A stretch of 64,000 nt of DNA from contig OZ365114.1 of assembly GCA_977030845.1 (NCBI GenBank), forward strand, positions 26,164,001-26,228,000, in the 5' to 3' direction. The notes beneath the pieces are model-generated. The model searched no databases and was not told the origin of the DNA. It saw nothing but the letters and a program-made list of their open reading frames with translations. This document shows, one piece after another, positions 63,355 to 64,000 of this stretch. A program made the position numbers and the translations under genes. Source of the stretch: Fimbriosthenelais zetlandica. Taxonomy: Eukaryota. Position 1 is the stretch's first letter. Each line of letters begins with the position of its first letter.

Positions 63355-63566
63355 GTCCCCCTTACAAACAAGACCACCAAGAAAAGAAGAGTTCGAGCAG
63401 AAACAGAGGCAGTATAGAGGAGCCGGGGGAACAACCAGCTGCCAATGTAGTCATTTTAGGCGGACGTTCATCCTCTATATCCACCCCCCAACACCGTACA
63501 TCTATCGTCGTCTACTCAGTATTCTCCCTAGTATTTACTCAATTATTAAGTTTGTCATTAACCTAG
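63355..63566 (+). CDS. ANOS1: Anosmin-1 terminal coding exon: GPPYKQDHQEKKSSSRNRGSIEEPGEQPAANVVILGGRSSSISTPQHRTSIVVYSVFSLVFTQLLSLSLT*
   Basis: Acceptor atttcacttgtgcag 148 nt after the previous donor; phase 1 continues into the supplied ORF 63330..63566 and ends at TAG. No homology to the human tail, so support is splice signal plus frame only. Confidence 0.85.
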
Positions 63567-64000
63567 GAACAGTTACACGGTTGTTTAGAGCTCATGTAAC
63601 ATACATTTTAATCAAAAAAAGATTCTTTTGTTTATTTTCTTTGTATATGATAAAAAGAGAGTTCAATAATGGTGTTTAGACACTGCTGATGTGGAAAAAG
63701 GGAAGGATAAATGGTGAATACATGTGGGAGAGTAGGTATGTTTGTGTAAAAAATATATATAAGAATTGTACGATTGATTCATGCACCAATGACATTGTGT
63801 CTAACAATGATAAAGACACAATATATGTCCTGATGTACTACGATAAAACCACATTGCATATTACATGCAAAGATGATATATTTAACCAATAACAGCATCA
63901 AGGAGATGCCAACGATTAGCTAGATATATAATTATACCTGAGTATTACAAGTTGTAGAAATACATGAAGGAGTACTGCATCTAATCGGGTATTAAGTACA

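Larger units (their letters stand above)
25826..63566 (+). other. ANOS1: Anosmin-1 (KAL1) ortholog gene span, 5'-partial; 15 coding exons, 650 aa in window (Cys-box half, WAP, 4x FN3, hydrophobic tail)
   Basis: Fifteen GT-AG exons join in one open frame (60+217+185+130+128+78+57+97+126+110+172+114+125+142+212 = 1953 nt). Domain order and many motifs match human anosmin-1 as recalled (CxxPC..CxxxC..CxxSC, 8-Cys WAP, GVP..W..Y.VQ.RWN.G, RWY.FRV.AV, NIT..W). Confidence 0.96.

Noticed and set aside
63347-63679. 110-aa overlapping ORF in the last exon that could give an alternative C-terminus
   Set aside because: No AG acceptor places the phase-1 junction in this frame.
63567-64000. Search for a polyadenylation signal after the stop codon
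   Set aside because: No AATAAA or ATTAAA is present, so the 3' UTR probably extends beyond the window and no terminator was called.

Overview
Eukaryotic (animal) genomic DNA, CpG-poor and about 40% GC by eye, probably from an invertebrate with ancestral intron content (echinoderm or hemichordate is a guess). One protein-coding gene is supported: an anosmin-1 (ANOS1/KAL1, Kallmann syndrome gene) ortholog on the + strand. I can reconstruct 15 GT-AG coding exons from 25826 to the stop at 63566 (1953 nt, 650 aa) in one continuous frame. They encode the second half of the Cys-box, a WAP domain, four FN3 domains and a C-terminal tail. The exons for the signal peptide and first half of the Cys-box (human exons 1-2) were not found and probably lie upstream of position 1. 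The most interesting points are at protein level. The protein ends in a GPI-signal-like hydrophobic tail instead of the basic His-rich tail of secreted vertebrate anosmin-1. FN3-3 has two extra Cys placed to staple the BC and FG loops. FN3-1 has a His-rich loop and Ser at the position of the Kallmann residue N267. All 11 comparable intron phases match human ANOS1 (human structure recalled, not checked), with three extra introns. The large introns hold a small family of about 70-bp hairpin MITE-like elements, a 404-bp element with 16-bp TIRs, decayed retroelement-like fragments and several dense transcription-factor motif clusters (CRE/AP-1, RFX X-box, NRF1/USF, ETS, homeodomain). No rRNA, tRNA, CRISPR array or intact transposon ORF was seen. 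Most ORFs in the supplied track look like chance ORFs.
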